Positions 50,601 to 61,608 of a stretch of 64,000 bases of DNA are shown one piece after another. Source of the stretch: Candidatus Eiseniibacteriota bacterium (GTDB taxonomy: Bacteria; Eisenbacteria; RBG-16-71-46). The notes beneath the pieces are model-generated. The model saw only the letters and a list, made by a program, of their open reading frames with translations, was not told where the DNA came from and ran no database searches. Each line of letters begins with the position of its first letter. Position 1 is the first letter of the stretch. Both the position numbers and the translations under genes were made by a program. The stretch covers positions 2,624,001-2,688,000 of the forward strand of contig OY970178.1 in the NCBI GenBank assembly GCA_963707915.1, given 5' to 3'.

Positions 50601-52433
50601 ATGGATCGTCGCACGCTCGTCGTCGTCGTCCTGCTGATGCTGGTGTTCCTCTTCTACCAGCCGTTGCTGAAGCTGGCCGGGCTGGGCCAGTACCTCGAGC
50701 CGCCGCGGCGGCCCGTCCCCGCCGCGGTGGACACCACGGGCCCGGACCGCGCCGCCGTGCCCGTCCCGGCGCCGCCGCCCGCGCGGAACGCCGCCACCGA
50801 CGCCGCGCCACCGGTGCCCCCGCAGCTGGCCCCGCTCCCGATCGCGGCCACGACCGGGGTCATCGAGAAGCGCTGGACGATCGAGACGCCCCTGTACCGC
50901 GCCGAGTTCACGAACCGCGGCGCACGGCTCCTCACGATGGAGCTCAAGCGCTACGTCGCGGCCCACGGGGTCTCCGCGAAGGACGGCAGGCCGCTGCGCG
51001 TCCCGGCGGGGCGCGAGGTGCCGGCGGGCGACCGCGTGGTGCTGGCCGGCGGGCCGCTCTTCGGCATGGACCTCGGCTCGGGGGCGGGCCTCCGCTCGCT
51101 GGCGGACCTGGTCTACGCCGTCGAGGAGAGCACCGACGCCTCGGGCGCGACGCGGGCCCTCACCTTCACCGCGGGCGACAGCGCGGGGCTCGTCATCCGT
51201 CAGACCTGGCGCGTGCGGCCCGAGACCTACGCTCTCGACCTCGAGGTCGAGACGCGCGGGATCCCCGACGCCTGGCGGATGAACGAGTACTCGCTGACCA
51301 TGCGCTCGTGGCCGGCCTTCACCGAGACGGACCGCAAGACGGACATGAACGACGTGCGGGTCACGAGCCTCGTGGGCCGCAACCTCCACCGCGATCCCCC
51401 GCAGGGCCTGGTGAAGGGCCCGAAGTCGTACGACGGGATGGTCGAGTGGGCCGGCGTGCAGAGCCGCTACTTCCTCTGCGCCGCCGTCGTCGAGCAGGCC
51501 ATCCCGCGCAGCGCGGCGGCACGGGGCGAGGAGCAGCCGCTGACCGACGCCGAGACCCGCCTGCTCGCGGCCAACGAGAAGCCCGTGCGTCCCGTGGGAA
51601 TCGGCAGCCTGGTCGTGGGACTGCCGTCCTCGGCGCGGCCGGTCCAGCGCTTCGTCGTCTACGTGGGCCCGAGCGACCTGCGCGTGCTGTCGCGCCTGGG
51701 GCACGACCTGACGCGGGCGGTGGACCTGGGCTGGAACTGGATGCGGCCGATCAGCGAGCTGCTGCTGAAGCTGCTCGACTGGATCTTCGTCGTGGTGCGC
51801 AACTACGGGCTGGCGATCTTCTTCCTGGCGGTCCTGGTGCGCGTCGTGCTGCACCCGCTCAACACCTCGAGCCTGAAGAGCATGCGGGCCATGCAGCAGC
51901 TGCAGCCCGAGATCGAACGGCTGAAGGTGAAGTACAAGAACGACGCGCAGGCGATGAACACGGCGATGATGGCGCTGTACAAGGAGAACAAGGTGAACCC
52001 GGCGGGCGGCTGTCTGCCGATCCTGCTGCAGATGCCGCTCCTGATGGCGCTCTACCAGGTGCTGCTGAAGTCCATCGAGCTGCGGCAGGCGCCCTTCATC
52101 GGCTGGATCCACGATCTCTCGGCGCCCGACGTGCTGTTCAGCGTGAACTACGGCTCGGGGCTCTTCCCGATCCGCCTGTTGCCGGTGCTGATGGCGGGCT
52201 CGGGGTTCCTGCTGCAGAAGTTCACGCCGACGAACCCGCAGCAGGCGCCGACGCAGTACCTCATGAACGCCTTCATGCTGGTGCTGTTCTACAACCTGCC
52301 GTCGGGCCTGGTCTTCTACTGGACGGTGATGAACCTGGCCAGCGCGTTCCAGCAGTGGATGGTGCTGCGGCAGGACAGTTCCGCGGTGGTGGTTCCCGAG
52401 CCCGCGGGGGGCAGGAAGAAGAAGACCGCGTGA
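50601..52433 (+). CDS. yidC: Membrane protein insertase
   Basis: NYGLAI, LQPEI..K, KVNPAGGCLP..QMP, WIHDLSAPD, LPSGL.FYW. Confidence 0.96.
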   Translation: MDRRTLVVVVLLMLVFLFYQPLLKLAGLGQYLEPPRRPVPAAVDTTGPDRAAVPVPAPPPARNAATDAAPPVPPQLAPLPIAATTGVIEKRWTIETPLYRAEFTNRGARLLTMELKRYVAAHGVSAKDGRPLRVPAGREVPAGDRVVLAGGPLFGMDLGSGAGLRSLADLVYAVEESTDASGATRALTFTAGDSAGLVIRQTWRVRPETYALDLEVETRGIPDAWRMNEYSLTMRSWPAFTETDRKTDMNDVRVTSLVGRNLHRDPPQGLVKGPKSYDGMVEWAGVQSRYFLCAAVVEQAIPRSAAARGEEQPLTDAETRLLAANEKPVRPVGIGSLVVGLPSSARPVQRFVVYVGPSDLRVLSRLGHDLTRAVDLGWNWMRPISELLLKLLDWIFVVVRNYGLAIFFLAVLVRVVLHPLNTSSLKSMRAMQQLQPEIERLKVKYKNDAQAMNTAMMALYKENKVNPAGGCLPILLQMPLLMALYQVLLKSIELRQAPFIGWIHDLSAPDVLFSVNYGSGLFPIRLLPVLMAGSGFLLQKFTPTNPQQAPTQYLMNAFMLVLFYNLPSGLVFYWTVMNLASAFQQWMVLRQDSSAVVVPEPAGGRKKKTA

Positions 52434-52826
52434 TGCCGCGCCGGGTCGCGCGACAGCGGCGCCAGCGATGGCGCCCGACGTCGCGGGACCGCGCTCCCGG
52501 TCCGGCTCGCAACGCCGTAGTCAGGGAGGTCGTACAGGACTAGTCTGGAAGCACCCGAACGCGGTCGGTCCGGACCCGCCACGCTGGCACCTCGTGCCCG
52601 CCACGGTCACCCGGTCCGATTCCACCTCCGCCGCGCGGGCGTCTTGCGGTCCCTTCACGGGCACCTGGCGAGCGCTCCGGCGAGGCTGCGAGAGGGAACA
52701 CCCGCCGGCCAGGGGCCGGTGGGTCGGGGTCCGCCCCACCATTCGAAGGTTCGCTTGCAGCGCGAGGGCAGGCATTCCAGGGTTCGTCTTGCCGCCCGGA
52801 CGCGATGCGCAGGACTGAGGTGACCG

Positions 52827-54252
52827 ATGGCCCACAAGGGCGACGTTTTCGAAGGCAAGACACTGGATGCGGCGGTGACGAAGGGCCTGGAAGCACTGGG
52901 TCTCTCCCGTGCCGAAGTGATGATCACCATCCTCGAAGAGGGTTCGGGCGGCTTCCTCGGTCTCGGGGCGCGGCCCTACAAGGTGCGGATGATGCGGCGT
53001 CCCGGCGGCGCCCCGCTGGCCGACACCGACGACCGGGGCGGCCGTGGGCCGGGGCGTGGCCGTCGCGATCGCGAGCGCGGAGCAGGCGGCTCGCGGCCGG
53101 GCGAGGCGGGGCGTGGCCAGGGGGAGCGGCGCGATCGGCCGCGTGACCGGGGCGACGAGCGCAAGCGCGGCGAGCAGCGGCCGGAGCGTCCCGCCGGGCG
53201 CGACGAGCGCCGTCCGGAGCGTCCTGCCGGGCGCGGCGAGCAGCGGCCGGAGCGTCCCGCCGAGCGCGAGGAGCGTCGTCCGGAGCGTCCTGCCGGGCGC
53301 GGCGAGCAGCGGGCGGAGCGTCCGGTCGAGCGCGAGGAGCGCCGTCCGGAACGTGCCGCCGAGCGCCCGGCCCCGCCCGAGGCCCAGCGTCCCCGGACCG
53401 AGGCCGGAGGCGACGGGGAGCCGGGCGGTGGCGAGGGTCGTGGTCGTCGCCGTCGCGGCCGCCGCGGTGGCCGGCGGCGTCATGGTGAGCCGGGCGAGGG
53501 AGGCAGCGAGGCGGTCTTCCAGCCGCGCGAATCTGCCGCGGAGCGCGGGCCCGAGCGCGCGGAGCGGTCGCCCGAGCGCGCACCGATCCACGCCGAACCG
53601 CCGGTGGAGCGCGAGTTCCGCGCGGAGCCGCCGGCGACGCCCGCCGTGACCGCCGTGATTCCCGAGCGTTTCGAGGCGCCGGTGCGCCACGAGCCGCGAG
53701 AGCGTCCCGTCGGCGACTACCCCCGCGAGCCGCGACGCGAGGAGTTCGATGGGCCGGGGCTCTCGGCCGACGAGTTGATCGCCCAGAGCACGCGCCTGAC
53801 CGGGGACTTCCTCAAGGCCATGGGCTTCGAGGCCAAGGATCAGCGCCACGGTCGACGGCAACCACGTGGACGTCACGGCCGAGGTCGCGACGGACGAGGA
53901 ACTGCTCACCGGTCGCAAGGGCGAGGTCCGGCAGGCCCTCCAGCACCTGCTCAACCGCATCCTCAACCGGGGCGAAATCAGCCGCTACCACCTGCAGCTC
54001 GAGATCAACGATTTCTGGAAGCGGCGCGAGGAGGAGCTGCGCGGCATGGCCCGCTCGCTGGCCGACGAAGCGGTCGCCGCCGGCGGCGAGGTGATGACGG
54101 AGTACCTGAACGCGCAGGAGCGCCGCATCGTCCACGTCACGCTTCGCGAGGACCCCCGCGTGAAGACCTATGCCCTGGGCACGGACATGATCAAACGCGT
54201 GGCCATCGCGCCCGCCGATTTCGACGGCGGCACGAGAGAAGAGCGCGACTAG
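52827..54252 (+). CDS. jag: RNA-binding protein Jag/KhpB/EloR (Jag_N-KH-R3H), +1 frameshift at ~53838
   Basis: [17 protein letters not shown]-domain; [16 protein letters not shown] and ERRIVH R3H in the next frame. Confidence 0.9.
53169..53366 (+). repeat. 33-bp tandem repeat (~6 units) in the Jag linker
   Basis: (G/D/E)E(Q/R)RPERPA(G/E)R peptide repeats. Confidence 0.8.
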
Positions 54253-54270
54253 CCCGGGACGAACGGATTC

Positions 54271-54307
54271 GGCGCCGGGCTCCCTCCAGGGCCCGGCGCC
54301 TTCCTTT
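54271..54307 (+). terminator. Hairpin with pyrimidine tail between jag and mnmE
   Basis: GGCGCCGGGC-10nt-GCCCGGCGCC followed by TTCCTTT. Confidence 0.55.
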
Positions 54308-54319
54308 GGAGCGGTCACC

Positions 54320-55778
54320 TTGCTCGATCTCGACGACACCATCGCGGCCATCGCCACGGCCACCGGGGCCGCCGGCCTCGCCGTGGTGCGCGTGAGCGGA
54401 CCCTCGGCGCTCGCCGTGGCGCAGGCGGTGTTCGAAGGCCCGCGGCTGTCCCAGGTGCCCGGCGACACGCTCCACCACGGCTGGGCCGCGTGGCCGCAGC
54501 CGGCGGGCGAGCCGGGGGCCGACGGGCCCCCCGCCGCGGGCGACCCGGCACCGGACGTGCCGGCCGGGCCCGCGCCGGCGCCGCGCGCGCGACTCGACGA
54601 GGTGGTCGCCGCCGTCTTCCGTGCGCCGCGCTCCTACACGCGCCAGGACGTGGTCGAGTTCTCCTGCCACGGCGGGGGGATCTCCGCGGGCCGCGTGCTG
54701 GCGGCGTTGCTGGCGGCCGGCGCGCGCCTGGCGGGTCCGGGGGAGTTCACGCTGCGCGCCTTCCTCGGTGGGCGGCTCGACCTGGCGCAGGCCGAGGCGG
54801 TGGCCGACCTGATCCACGCCGAGACCGAGGGGGCGCACGCGCTCGCGCTGGGCCAGTTGCACGGGGAGCTCTCGCGCCGCCTCGCCGCGATCTGCGAGGC
54901 CCTGCGTGACGCCGCGGCCGAGGTCGAGGCGCGGGTGGACTTCGTCGAGGAGGTGGGCGGGGTCGAGGTGCCCGGGCACGTCCTCGACCGGATCGCCGGG
55001 GCCGCCGCCGCGCTCGCGGCGCTGCTCGAGGGCGCGGCCTACGGGCGCGCGCTGCGCGAGGGCGCAAGGGTCGCCCTGGTCGGCCGGCCCAACGTGGGCA
55101 AGTCCTCGCTGTTCAACGCGCTGGTGGGCGAGCGGCGCGCCATCGTCACGCCGGACGCCGGCACGACGCGCGACCTGGTGAGCGAGGCGATCGAGGTGGC
55201 CGGCGTGCGGGTGACGCTCGTCGACACCGCGGGCCTGCGCGACGACGGCGATCCCGCCGAGCGCGAGGGCGTGCTCCGCGCGCGCGCCGCGCTCGAGGGG
55301 AGCGCGGTCGTGCGTCTGGGTGGTGGACGCCTCGGCGCCGCCGGACGCGGAGGATCGCCGGATCGCCGCGCGGCTCGCGGACCGCCGCGCCATCCTGGCG
55401 CTGAACAAGTCCGACCTGCCCCGCGCCGCGGAGGCCGGGGTGCTGGAAGCGGCGCTCGGCGCCCCGCCCTTCGCCACCGTCGCGACCTGCGCGGTCCGTG
55501 GTGACGGCGTCGCGGAACTGCGCTCCGCGCTGGGACGGCTGCTCGCGGGCCCGGGCGGGTTCGCCGGCGCGGTCGCCAACCCGCGCCACGCCGAGGCGCT
55601 CGGTCGCGCGCGCGCGGCGCTCGGTCGCGCGCACGCGGCGGCCGTGGCCGGTGCGGCCGGTGAAGTCGTCTCGCTCGAATTGCACGAGGCGCTCCGGGCC
55701 GTCGGCGAAGTGACGGGCGAGACCGCGGACGAGGGGCTGCTCGAGCGCATCTTCAGCCGCTTCTGCATCGGAAAATGA
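54320..55778 (+). CDS. mnmE: tRNA modification GTPase MnmE/TrmE, +1 frameshift at ~55313
   Basis: [42 protein letters not shown] and IFSRFCIGK in the next frame. Confidence 0.95.
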
Positions 55779-57772
55779 GCGCGTACGACGTCGTGGTGGT
55801 GGGCGCCGGGCACGCCGGCTGCGAGGCCGCCGCCGCCTGCGCGCGGCTCGGGTTGCGCACCGCGCTGGTCAGCGCCGACCCCGACGGCACCGCGCGCATG
55901 TCGTGCAACCCGGCCGTCGGCGGCATCGCCAAGGGCCACATGGTCCGGGAGCTCGACGCGCTCGGCGGCCTGATGGGGCTCGTGACCGACCGCGCGGGCA
56001 TCCAGTTCCGCATCCTCAACCGCGGTCGCGGTCCCGCCGTCTGGTCGCCGCGCGCCCAGTGCGACAAGGCGCGATACTCGCTCGAGATGGCGCGCGCGCT
56101 CGGGCGCATCGCCGGCCTCGAGCGCGTGACGGGCGTGGCCGAGCGGGTGCAGCTCGAGCGCGGGGCGGTCGCGGCGGTCGGGCTGGCGGACGGCCGGGAG
56201 CTGCGCTGCCGCGCGGCGATCGTCACGCCGGGGACGTTCCTCAACGCGCTCATCCACGTCGGTCCGCGCAGGTCCGAGGGCGGGCGGGTCGGGGAGCACT
56301 CGTCGCGGGCGCTGAGCGAATCGCTCGCCGCGCTCGGGCTCGAGCGCGGGCGCCTCAAGACCGGAACGCCTCCGCGCCTGCACCGTGACTCGATCGACTG
56401 GGACGCGCTCACGCCCCAGTACGGCGACGAGCCGCCCGTGCCGTTCTCGCACTGGACCGACGCCCTGGAGGTCGAGCAGGTCCCCTGCTGGCTGACCCGC
56501 ACCAGCGCCCGCACGCACGAGGTGATCCGCGCCAACCTGCACCACTCGCCGCTGTTCTCGGGCGCGATCCGCGGACGCGGACCCCGCTACTGCCCGTCGA
56601 TCGAGGACAAGGTGGTGCGCTTCCCCGGGAACGCCTCCCACCCGGTCTTCCTCGAGCCCGAGGGCCGGGACGTGCCCGAGATCTACGTGAACGGGATGTC
56701 CTCGAGCATGCCCGAGGAGGTGCAGCTCGAGTTCGTCCGCAGCGTGCCCGGCCTCGAGCGCGCCGAGATGCTGCGGCCGGGCTACGCCGTGGAGTACGAC
56801 TTCGTGCTGCCGCACCAGCTCGCGCCGACGCTCGAGGCGCTGCGCGTCCCCGGCCTGTTTCTCGCGGGGCAGATCTGCGGAAGCTCGGGCTACGAGGAGG
56901 CTGCGGCCCAGGGTCTCGTGGCGGGGGTGAACGCCGCGCACCGGCTGCTGGGACGCGAGCCCTTCGTGCTGCGGCGCGACCAGGCCTACGCGGGCGTGCT
57001 GGTGGACGACCTCGTCACCCGCGAGCACGTCGAGCCGTATCGCATGTTCACCTCGGCCGCCGAGTACCGGCTGCTGCTGCGCGCCGACAACGCCGACGAG
57101 CGGCTGGCCGCGATCGGCCACCGGCTCGGCCTGCTGACGGCCGAACAGCTGGAGCGCGTGCGCGGGAAGTACGACGCGATCGAGGCGGAGGAACGCCGCC
57201 TGGCGCGCGTGACGGTCCGCGCGCCGGCCCCCGCGATCGCGGCCACGGTGCCCGGCGTGCCGGTGAACGGCGGCGGGGCCGGCGCGCCGTCCGGGACCGC
57301 ATCCGCGGCGGGAGCCATGGCCGCCGCGGATGGGGCGGCGCCGCGCGAGCCGGCGGAGGCGGTCGCCGTCCCGGCGTGGCCGACCGAACCGCGCGCCGGG
57401 ATGCGCGTCCCGGTCCGCGCCATCGAGTTCCTCGCGCGCCCGGGAGCCGCGTATCACGCGCTGCGATCGCTCGGCGTGGCCACGACCCTGCCCGCGGCCT
57501 GGGGCGAGTGCCTCGAGGTGCGCGTGCGCTACCGCGGCTACATCGAGCGCCAGCGTCGCGTCGCGGCGCAGTCGGCGCGGCTCGAACACCAGGCGCTGCC
57601 TGCGGCGCTGTGGGCCGCCGAGCTGAACGGCCTCTCCCGCGAGGCCCGCGAGAAGCTGGCGCACCGGCGACCCGCGACGGTCGGACAGGCGGCACGGATC
57701 GCGGGCGTGTCGCCGGCGGACGTCGCCGTGCTCCTGGTGCACGCGCGAAGGTTCGCGGACCGGTCCACCTAG
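55775..57772 (+). CDS. mnmG: tRNA uridine 5-carboxymethylaminomethyl modification enzyme
   Basis: [56 protein letters not shown]. Confidence 0.97.
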   Translation: MSAYDVVVVGAGHAGCEAAAACARLGLRTALVSADPDGTARMSCNPAVGGIAKGHMVRELDALGGLMGLVTDRAGIQFRILNRGRGPAVWSPRAQCDKARYSLEMARALGRIAGLERVTGVAERVQLERGAVAAVGLADGRELRCRAAIVTPGTFLNALIHVGPRRSEGGRVGEHSSRALSESLAALGLERGRLKTGTPPRLHRDSIDWDALTPQYGDEPPVPFSHWTDALEVEQVPCWLTRTSARTHEVIRANLHHSPLFSGAIRGRGPRYCPSIEDKVVRFPGNASHPVFLEPEGRDVPEIYVNGMSSSMPEEVQLEFVRSVPGLERAEMLRPGYAVEYDFVLPHQLAPTLEALRVPGLFLAGQICGSSGYEEAAAQGLVAGVNAAHRLLGREPFVLRRDQAYAGVLVDDLVTREHVEPYRMFTSAAEYRLLLRADNADERLAAIGHRLGLLTAEQLERVRGKYDAIEAEERRLARVTVRAPAPAIAATVPGVPVNGGGAGAPSGTASAAGAMAAADGAAPREPAEAVAVPAWPTEPRAGMRVPVRAIEFLARPGAAYHALRSLGVATTLPAAWGECLEVRVRYRGYIERQRRVAAQSARLEHQALPAALWAAELNGLSREAREKLAHRRPATVGQAARIAGVSPADVAVLLVHARRFADRST

Positions 57773-57963
57773 TCCGGGTCGATCGGGTCTCCCGGGCCCG
57801 GCCGCCCTCGCGACGCATCCGGGGGGCCGCGCCGGGCCGCGTTCGTCGATCCTGGGGCATCCTCGAGAGCCGCCATCCGGAGACGCGCCGTCGACGCGCA
57901 CGGCCTCCGACGTCCGATCCGCCACGATGTCGCGTGGCCCGGCGCGTGCTAGAGTGCGCGGTC

Positions 57964-59253
57964 ATGAGAGAGCGCCGTCCGAGACCCGCATCGTCGAAGG
58001 GATCACGTCCGCCTGCGCGGAGCGCTGCCACCGGGCGCACCGCCGGCCCGGGCACTGGCAGGCCGCCCCGCGCGGGCGAGCGTCCCGCGCGTCCGGGCAC
58101 CGGCAGGCCGCCGCGCGCGGGCGAGCGTCCCGCGCGTGCGGGCGCAGGCAGGCCGCCGCGCGCGGGCGAGCGTCCCGCGCGTGCGGGCACCGGCAGGCCG
58201 CCGCGCGCGGGCGAGCGTCCCGCGCGTGCGGGCGCAGGCAGGCCGCCGCGCGCGGGGGAGCGTCCCGCGCGTCCGGAAGCCGGCAGGCCGCCGCGCCCTG
58301 GCGAACGTCCCGCGCGTCCGGAAGCCGGCAGGCCGCCGCGCGCTGGCGAACGTCCCGCGCGTCCCGGTGTGAGCAAGCCGTTCCGCGCGGGTGCTCGTCC
58401 TGCGAGGAGGAGCGATTCATCGCGCAAGACCTTCGGCTCGAGGCCGGAGGGCGGCTCGTGGGTCCCGGACCTGCGCCCGTCGCAAGGGGAGCGCCGCTCC
58501 GCGGCGAGGTCATATAAAGCCAATATTGGTAATGGGTTGAACAGGCCGACATCGACCCGTCCCCCCCGGCGGGAGCTGCCGCGCGATATCGAGAAGGTGC
58601 TCAATCGACAGCCCTGGGACCTGCTCACGCCGCACCTGCTTCGCGCGGGGGCCGACATCGTCGAGGTGTTGCCGCGCATCCGGCGCTTCGCCGAACTCAT
58701 GCTGGAATGGAACCGTGGGTTCTCGAACCTGATCTCCACCAGCGACGAGAACCGGCTGGTGCAGAGACACATCCTCGAATCGCTCGAGCCGGCTCACTGG
58801 ATCAAGTCGAGCGGCGCCAGGCGCTGGATGGACTTCGGGTCGGGCGGTGGGGTGCCGGCGGTTCCGCTCGCGCTCGCGGGTATCGGTGAGAGCTGGACCC
58901 TGGTCGAGTCTCGCAGGAACAAGACGCTGTTCTTGCGTAAGGTGATTCAAGAGTTTGAATTGAAGAACATATCCGTGGAGCTGGCGCGGCTCGAGTCCCT
59001 CCCGGACGAGGCGGAGAGGCTGGGCCGGTTCGATGGTTTTACCTCGCGCGCGACATTGCGGCTCGGTCCCACGCTGGCGCTTGCCGCGGATTGGGTGACG
59101 CCCGGCGGCGTCGCGTACCTGTGGAAGGGCAGCCGGATGGCAGAGGAGATGGCCGAGGACCGCCGATGGAAGGCCTTCTGGGACCCGGACGGTTCATTCG
59201 CCATCGGCAACGGACCGACAGTTGTCGCTAGATTCATAAGGAATAAAGATTGA
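57964..59253 (+). CDS. rsmG: 16S rRNA m7G527 methyltransferase with long basic N-terminal extension (start uncertain)
   Basis: WN..NL, HILESL, DFGSGGGVP, LVESRRNK.FL, TSRA, KG; position after mnmG. Confidence 0.88.
   Translation: MRERRPRPASSKGSRPPARSAATGRTAGPGTGRPPRAGERPARPGTGRPPRAGERPARAGAGRPPRAGERPARAGTGRPPRAGERPARAGAGRPPRAGERPARPEAGRPPRPGERPARPEAGRPPRAGERPARPGVSKPFRAGARPARRSDSSRKTFGSRPEGGSWVPDLRPSQGERRSAARSYKANIGNGLNRPTSTRPPRRELPRDIEKVLNRQPWDLLTPHLLRAGADIVEVLPRIRRFAELMLEWNRGFSNLISTSDENRLVQRHILESLEPAHWIKSSGARRWMDFGSGGGVPAVPLALAGIGESWTLVESRRNKTLFLRKVIQEFELKNISVELARLESLPDEAERLGRFDGFTSRATLRLGPTLALAADWVTPGGVAYLWKGSRMAEEMAEDRRWKAFWDPDGSFAIGNGPTVVARFIRNKD
58048..58362 (+). repeat. 45-bp tandem repeat, 7 units
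   Basis: Encodes (PGT/AGA/AGT/PEA)GRPPRAGERPAR x7, in frame with rsmG. Confidence 0.92.
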
Positions 59254-59273
59254 TGCAGTGATTCGTTTCGCAG

Positions 59274-59289
59274 AGTTTCACGTGGAACA
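59274..59289. promoter_or_regulatory. parS site upstream of parA
   Basis: AGTTTCACGTGGAACA versus consensus TGTTTCACGTGAAACA. Confidence 0.85.
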
Positions 59290-59295
59290 ATCCCC

Positions 59296-59325
59296 TTGTT
59301 CCGCGCCGTTGCCTGCTGCTATCTT
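59296..59325 (+). promoter_or_regulatory. Candidate parAB promoter
   Basis: TTGTTC-18bp-TATCTT with extended -10 TG. Confidence 0.45.
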
Positions 59326-59390
59326 GCCCCGGCACCTCCCGCTCTGACCCAAGCCAGGTGGGCGGATGATCCGCCCCCGCACTCAAGGGA

Positions 59391-60152
59391 ATGGGACGAA
59401 TAATCTCGATTGCCAGCCAGAAGGGCGGCGTCGGCAAGACCACGACGGCGATCAACCTTGGCGCGTGCCTGGCGCAGGAGAGCCGGCGTGTGCTCATCAT
59501 CGACGTTGACCCGCAGGCGAACGCGACGAGTGGGCTTGGAATCAACGGCAACGATCAGAAGAACACGATCTACGAGGTCCTCATCGGCCATGCGGAACTG
59601 GCCGATTCGGTCCTCCCGACGGCGCTGGCGAACCTGGACGTGGCGGTCTCCGGGCAGCGGCTCTCCGGGGCAGAGGTCGAGCTGGTTGGGATGATGGCCC
59701 GCGAGACCAAGCTCAAGCACGCGGTCTCGAAGGTGCGCGACCGGTACGACTACATCCTGGTGGACAGTCCCCCTTCGCTCGGGCTGCTCACGGTCAACGC
59801 GCTCACCGCCTCCGATTCGGTGTTGATTCCACTGCAGTGCGAGTACCTGGCGCTCGAGGGGTTGACGCAGTTGATCGGGGCCATCCGGCTGGTCCAGGAC
59901 CACCTGAATCCAGGGCTCAGGATCGAGGGTGTCCTGTTGACCATGTACGACTCTAGGCTCAACCTCTCCCAGCAGGTCGCGGAGGAAGCGCGGAAGTTCT
60001 TCTCCGAGCGCGTCTATCGCACCGCGATCCCCAGGAACGTGAGACTGAGCGAAGCACCTTCCTTCGGCAAGCCGATAGTCCTGTACGATCCACACAGCAC
60101 GGGTGCCGAGAGTTACCGGGACCTGGCGCGGGAGGTCCTTGACCATGCATAG
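59391..60152 (+). CDS. parA: Chromosome partitioning ATPase ParA/Soj
   Basis: QKGGVGKTTT, D.DPQANAT, DSPPSLG, QCEY.ALEG, IPRNVRLSEAPSFG. Confidence 0.97.
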   Translation: MGRIISIASQKGGVGKTTTAINLGACLAQESRRVLIIDVDPQANATSGLGINGNDQKNTIYEVLIGHAELADSVLPTALANLDVAVSGQRLSGAEVELVGMMARETKLKHAVSKVRDRYDYILVDSPPSLGLLTVNALTASDSVLIPLQCEYLALEGLTQLIGAIRLVQDHLNPGLRIEGVLLTMYDSRLNLSQQVAEEARKFFSERVYRTAIPRNVRLSEAPSFGKPIVLYDPHSTGAESYRDLAREVLDHA

Positions 60153-61008
60153 GAAAGTACTGGGGCGTGGACTCGAGGCGTTGATCCCGCCATCCGACAG
60201 CGTTGCCGTGGCGCCAGAAGCTGCCCGCAGCGCGACGTTGGAGTTGCGGGTCGATGAGATCGTCGCGAACCCCTACCAGCCGCGGGTCAACTTCGACGAT
60301 GAGGCCATCCAGGAACTGGCAGCTTCCATCAAGGCCACGGGTGTTCTCCAGCCTGTCCTGGTTCGCCGCAAGCCTGGTGGCGGTGGGTACCAACTGGTGG
60401 CCGGGGAGCGTCGCCTCAGGGCGACCGTCGTGGCCGGGATCAAGCTGATTCCTGCGATCGTCAAGGAGGTCGCGGACCGGGAAATGATGGAGCTCTCGCT
60501 GGTCGAGAACATCCAGCGCGAGAACCTCAACCCGATCGAAGAGGCCAAGGCCTACCAGACCCTGGCCAAGGAGCTTGGACTGACCCACGACCAGATTTCC
60601 GAACGCGTTGGGAAACAACGTGTTTCTGTAACAAATTCGTTGAGATTGCTGGGCCTTCCTCCGGAGGTCCAGGAGATGGTTTCACGTGAAACGTTGAGCG
60701 CCGGGCACGCCCGGGCCCTCCTCGCCATCGACAAGGCCGCCGACCAACTGGCCGCGGCCCGCTACGTTCAGAGCAAGGGATTCTCGGTCCGCCGTACCGA
60801 GGCATTCGTGAGGCGCAAGCTGCGGCGGCTGCACTCGCGCCCCCGCGCCCAGAAGCTCGACGGGCTGCGTGAGTGGGAGATCCGCCTCCAGCAGAAGTTC
60901 GCCACGCACGTTGCGATCACGCCTGGGAGAAAGGGCGGCAAGGTCGAGTTCGAGTACTACGGGCAGGAGGACTTGGAACGCCTCTTCGAAATCTGGGGAG
61001 TGCTCTAG
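60145..61008 (+). CDS. parB: Chromosome partitioning protein ParB/Spo0J
   Basis: LGRGL..L, NPYQPR, AGERRLRA, ENIQRENLNPIEEA, GHARALL. Confidence 0.97.
   Translation: MHRKVLGRGLEALIPPSDSVAVAPEAARSATLELRVDEIVANPYQPRVNFDDEAIQELAASIKATGVLQPVLVRRKPGGGGYQLVAGERRLRATVVAGIKLIPAIVKEVADREMMELSLVENIQRENLNPIEEAKAYQTLAKELGLTHDQISERVGKQRVSVTNSLRLLGLPPEVQEMVSRETLSAGHARALLAIDKAADQLAAARYVQSKGFSVRRTEAFVRRKLRRLHSRPRAQKLDGLREWEIRLQQKFATHVAITPGRKGGKVEFEYYGQEDLERLFEIWGVL
60678..60693. promoter_or_regulatory. parS site inside parB
   Basis: gGTTTCACGTGAAACg, perfect 14-bp palindrome encoding VSRET. Confidence 0.88.
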
Positions 61009-61068
61009 CCAGGACGTGGGCGGCACACGCGGCCCCGCAGGTCGGCCGCATCGCGAGGAGAGGGCGGC

Positions 61069-61470
61069 ATGTTCCGTTCGCGAGCATCCAAGGTCGAGAC
61101 TCCGGCGCCCAGCGCGCTGGTCGGCGTTGGGGCGAGTTTCCACGGCACCTTGATGGTTCACGGCACGCTCCGCATCGACGGCGAATTCGAGGGCGACATC
61201 CTGGACTGTGACCGACTCGAGATCGGCGAGCACGGCATGATGAGGGCCGACGTCGAGGTGAAGGAGGCGGTGATTCGCGGCCGCGTCCACGGCAACATCC
61301 GAGCGCTGGGAGCGGTCGAGATGAAGCAGGGCGCCCACATCGAAGGCGACGTCGCGGCCGTCAACGTGGTGATGGAGTCCGGCGTCTACTTCACGGGTCG
61401 TTGCACGATGCTGGACACGGGGACCGAAGGCGTCCAGATCCAGACCGAGAACCCACGCTCCCGTAGTTGA
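61069..61470 (+). CDS. Bactofilin (polymer-forming cytoskeletal protein)
   Basis: G.L..GTLRIDG.FEG.I, G.V.GNI, G.YFTG.C.M beta-helix pattern. Confidence 0.9.
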   Translation: MFRSRASKVETPAPSALVGVGASFHGTLMVHGTLRIDGEFEGDILDCDRLEIGEHGMMRADVEVKEAVIRGRVHGNIRALGAVEMKQGAHIEGDVAAVNVVMESGVYFTGRCTMLDTGTEGVQIQTENPRSRS

Positions 61471-61608
61471 CGTTCGGGGCGCTGTGTCGAGTTCGCCTGC
61501 GGAGCGAATGGTGTCCCTGACATCCGACCGGATTCCAGCCTCCAGGCACGGGACAATCCCGGTTCCGAACCCGGCAGCTCCGCGTCGAATCGTCTCGCGG
61601 GGTGGCTG

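Noticed and set aside
58048..58362. 45-bp repeat as a CRISPR array
   Set aside because: Units are contiguous with no unique spacers, keep the reading frame, and no cas genes are present
60612..60626. GAAACA-acg-TGTTTC palindrome in parB as a third parS
   Set aside because: Half-sites are in the opposite order to the parS consensus
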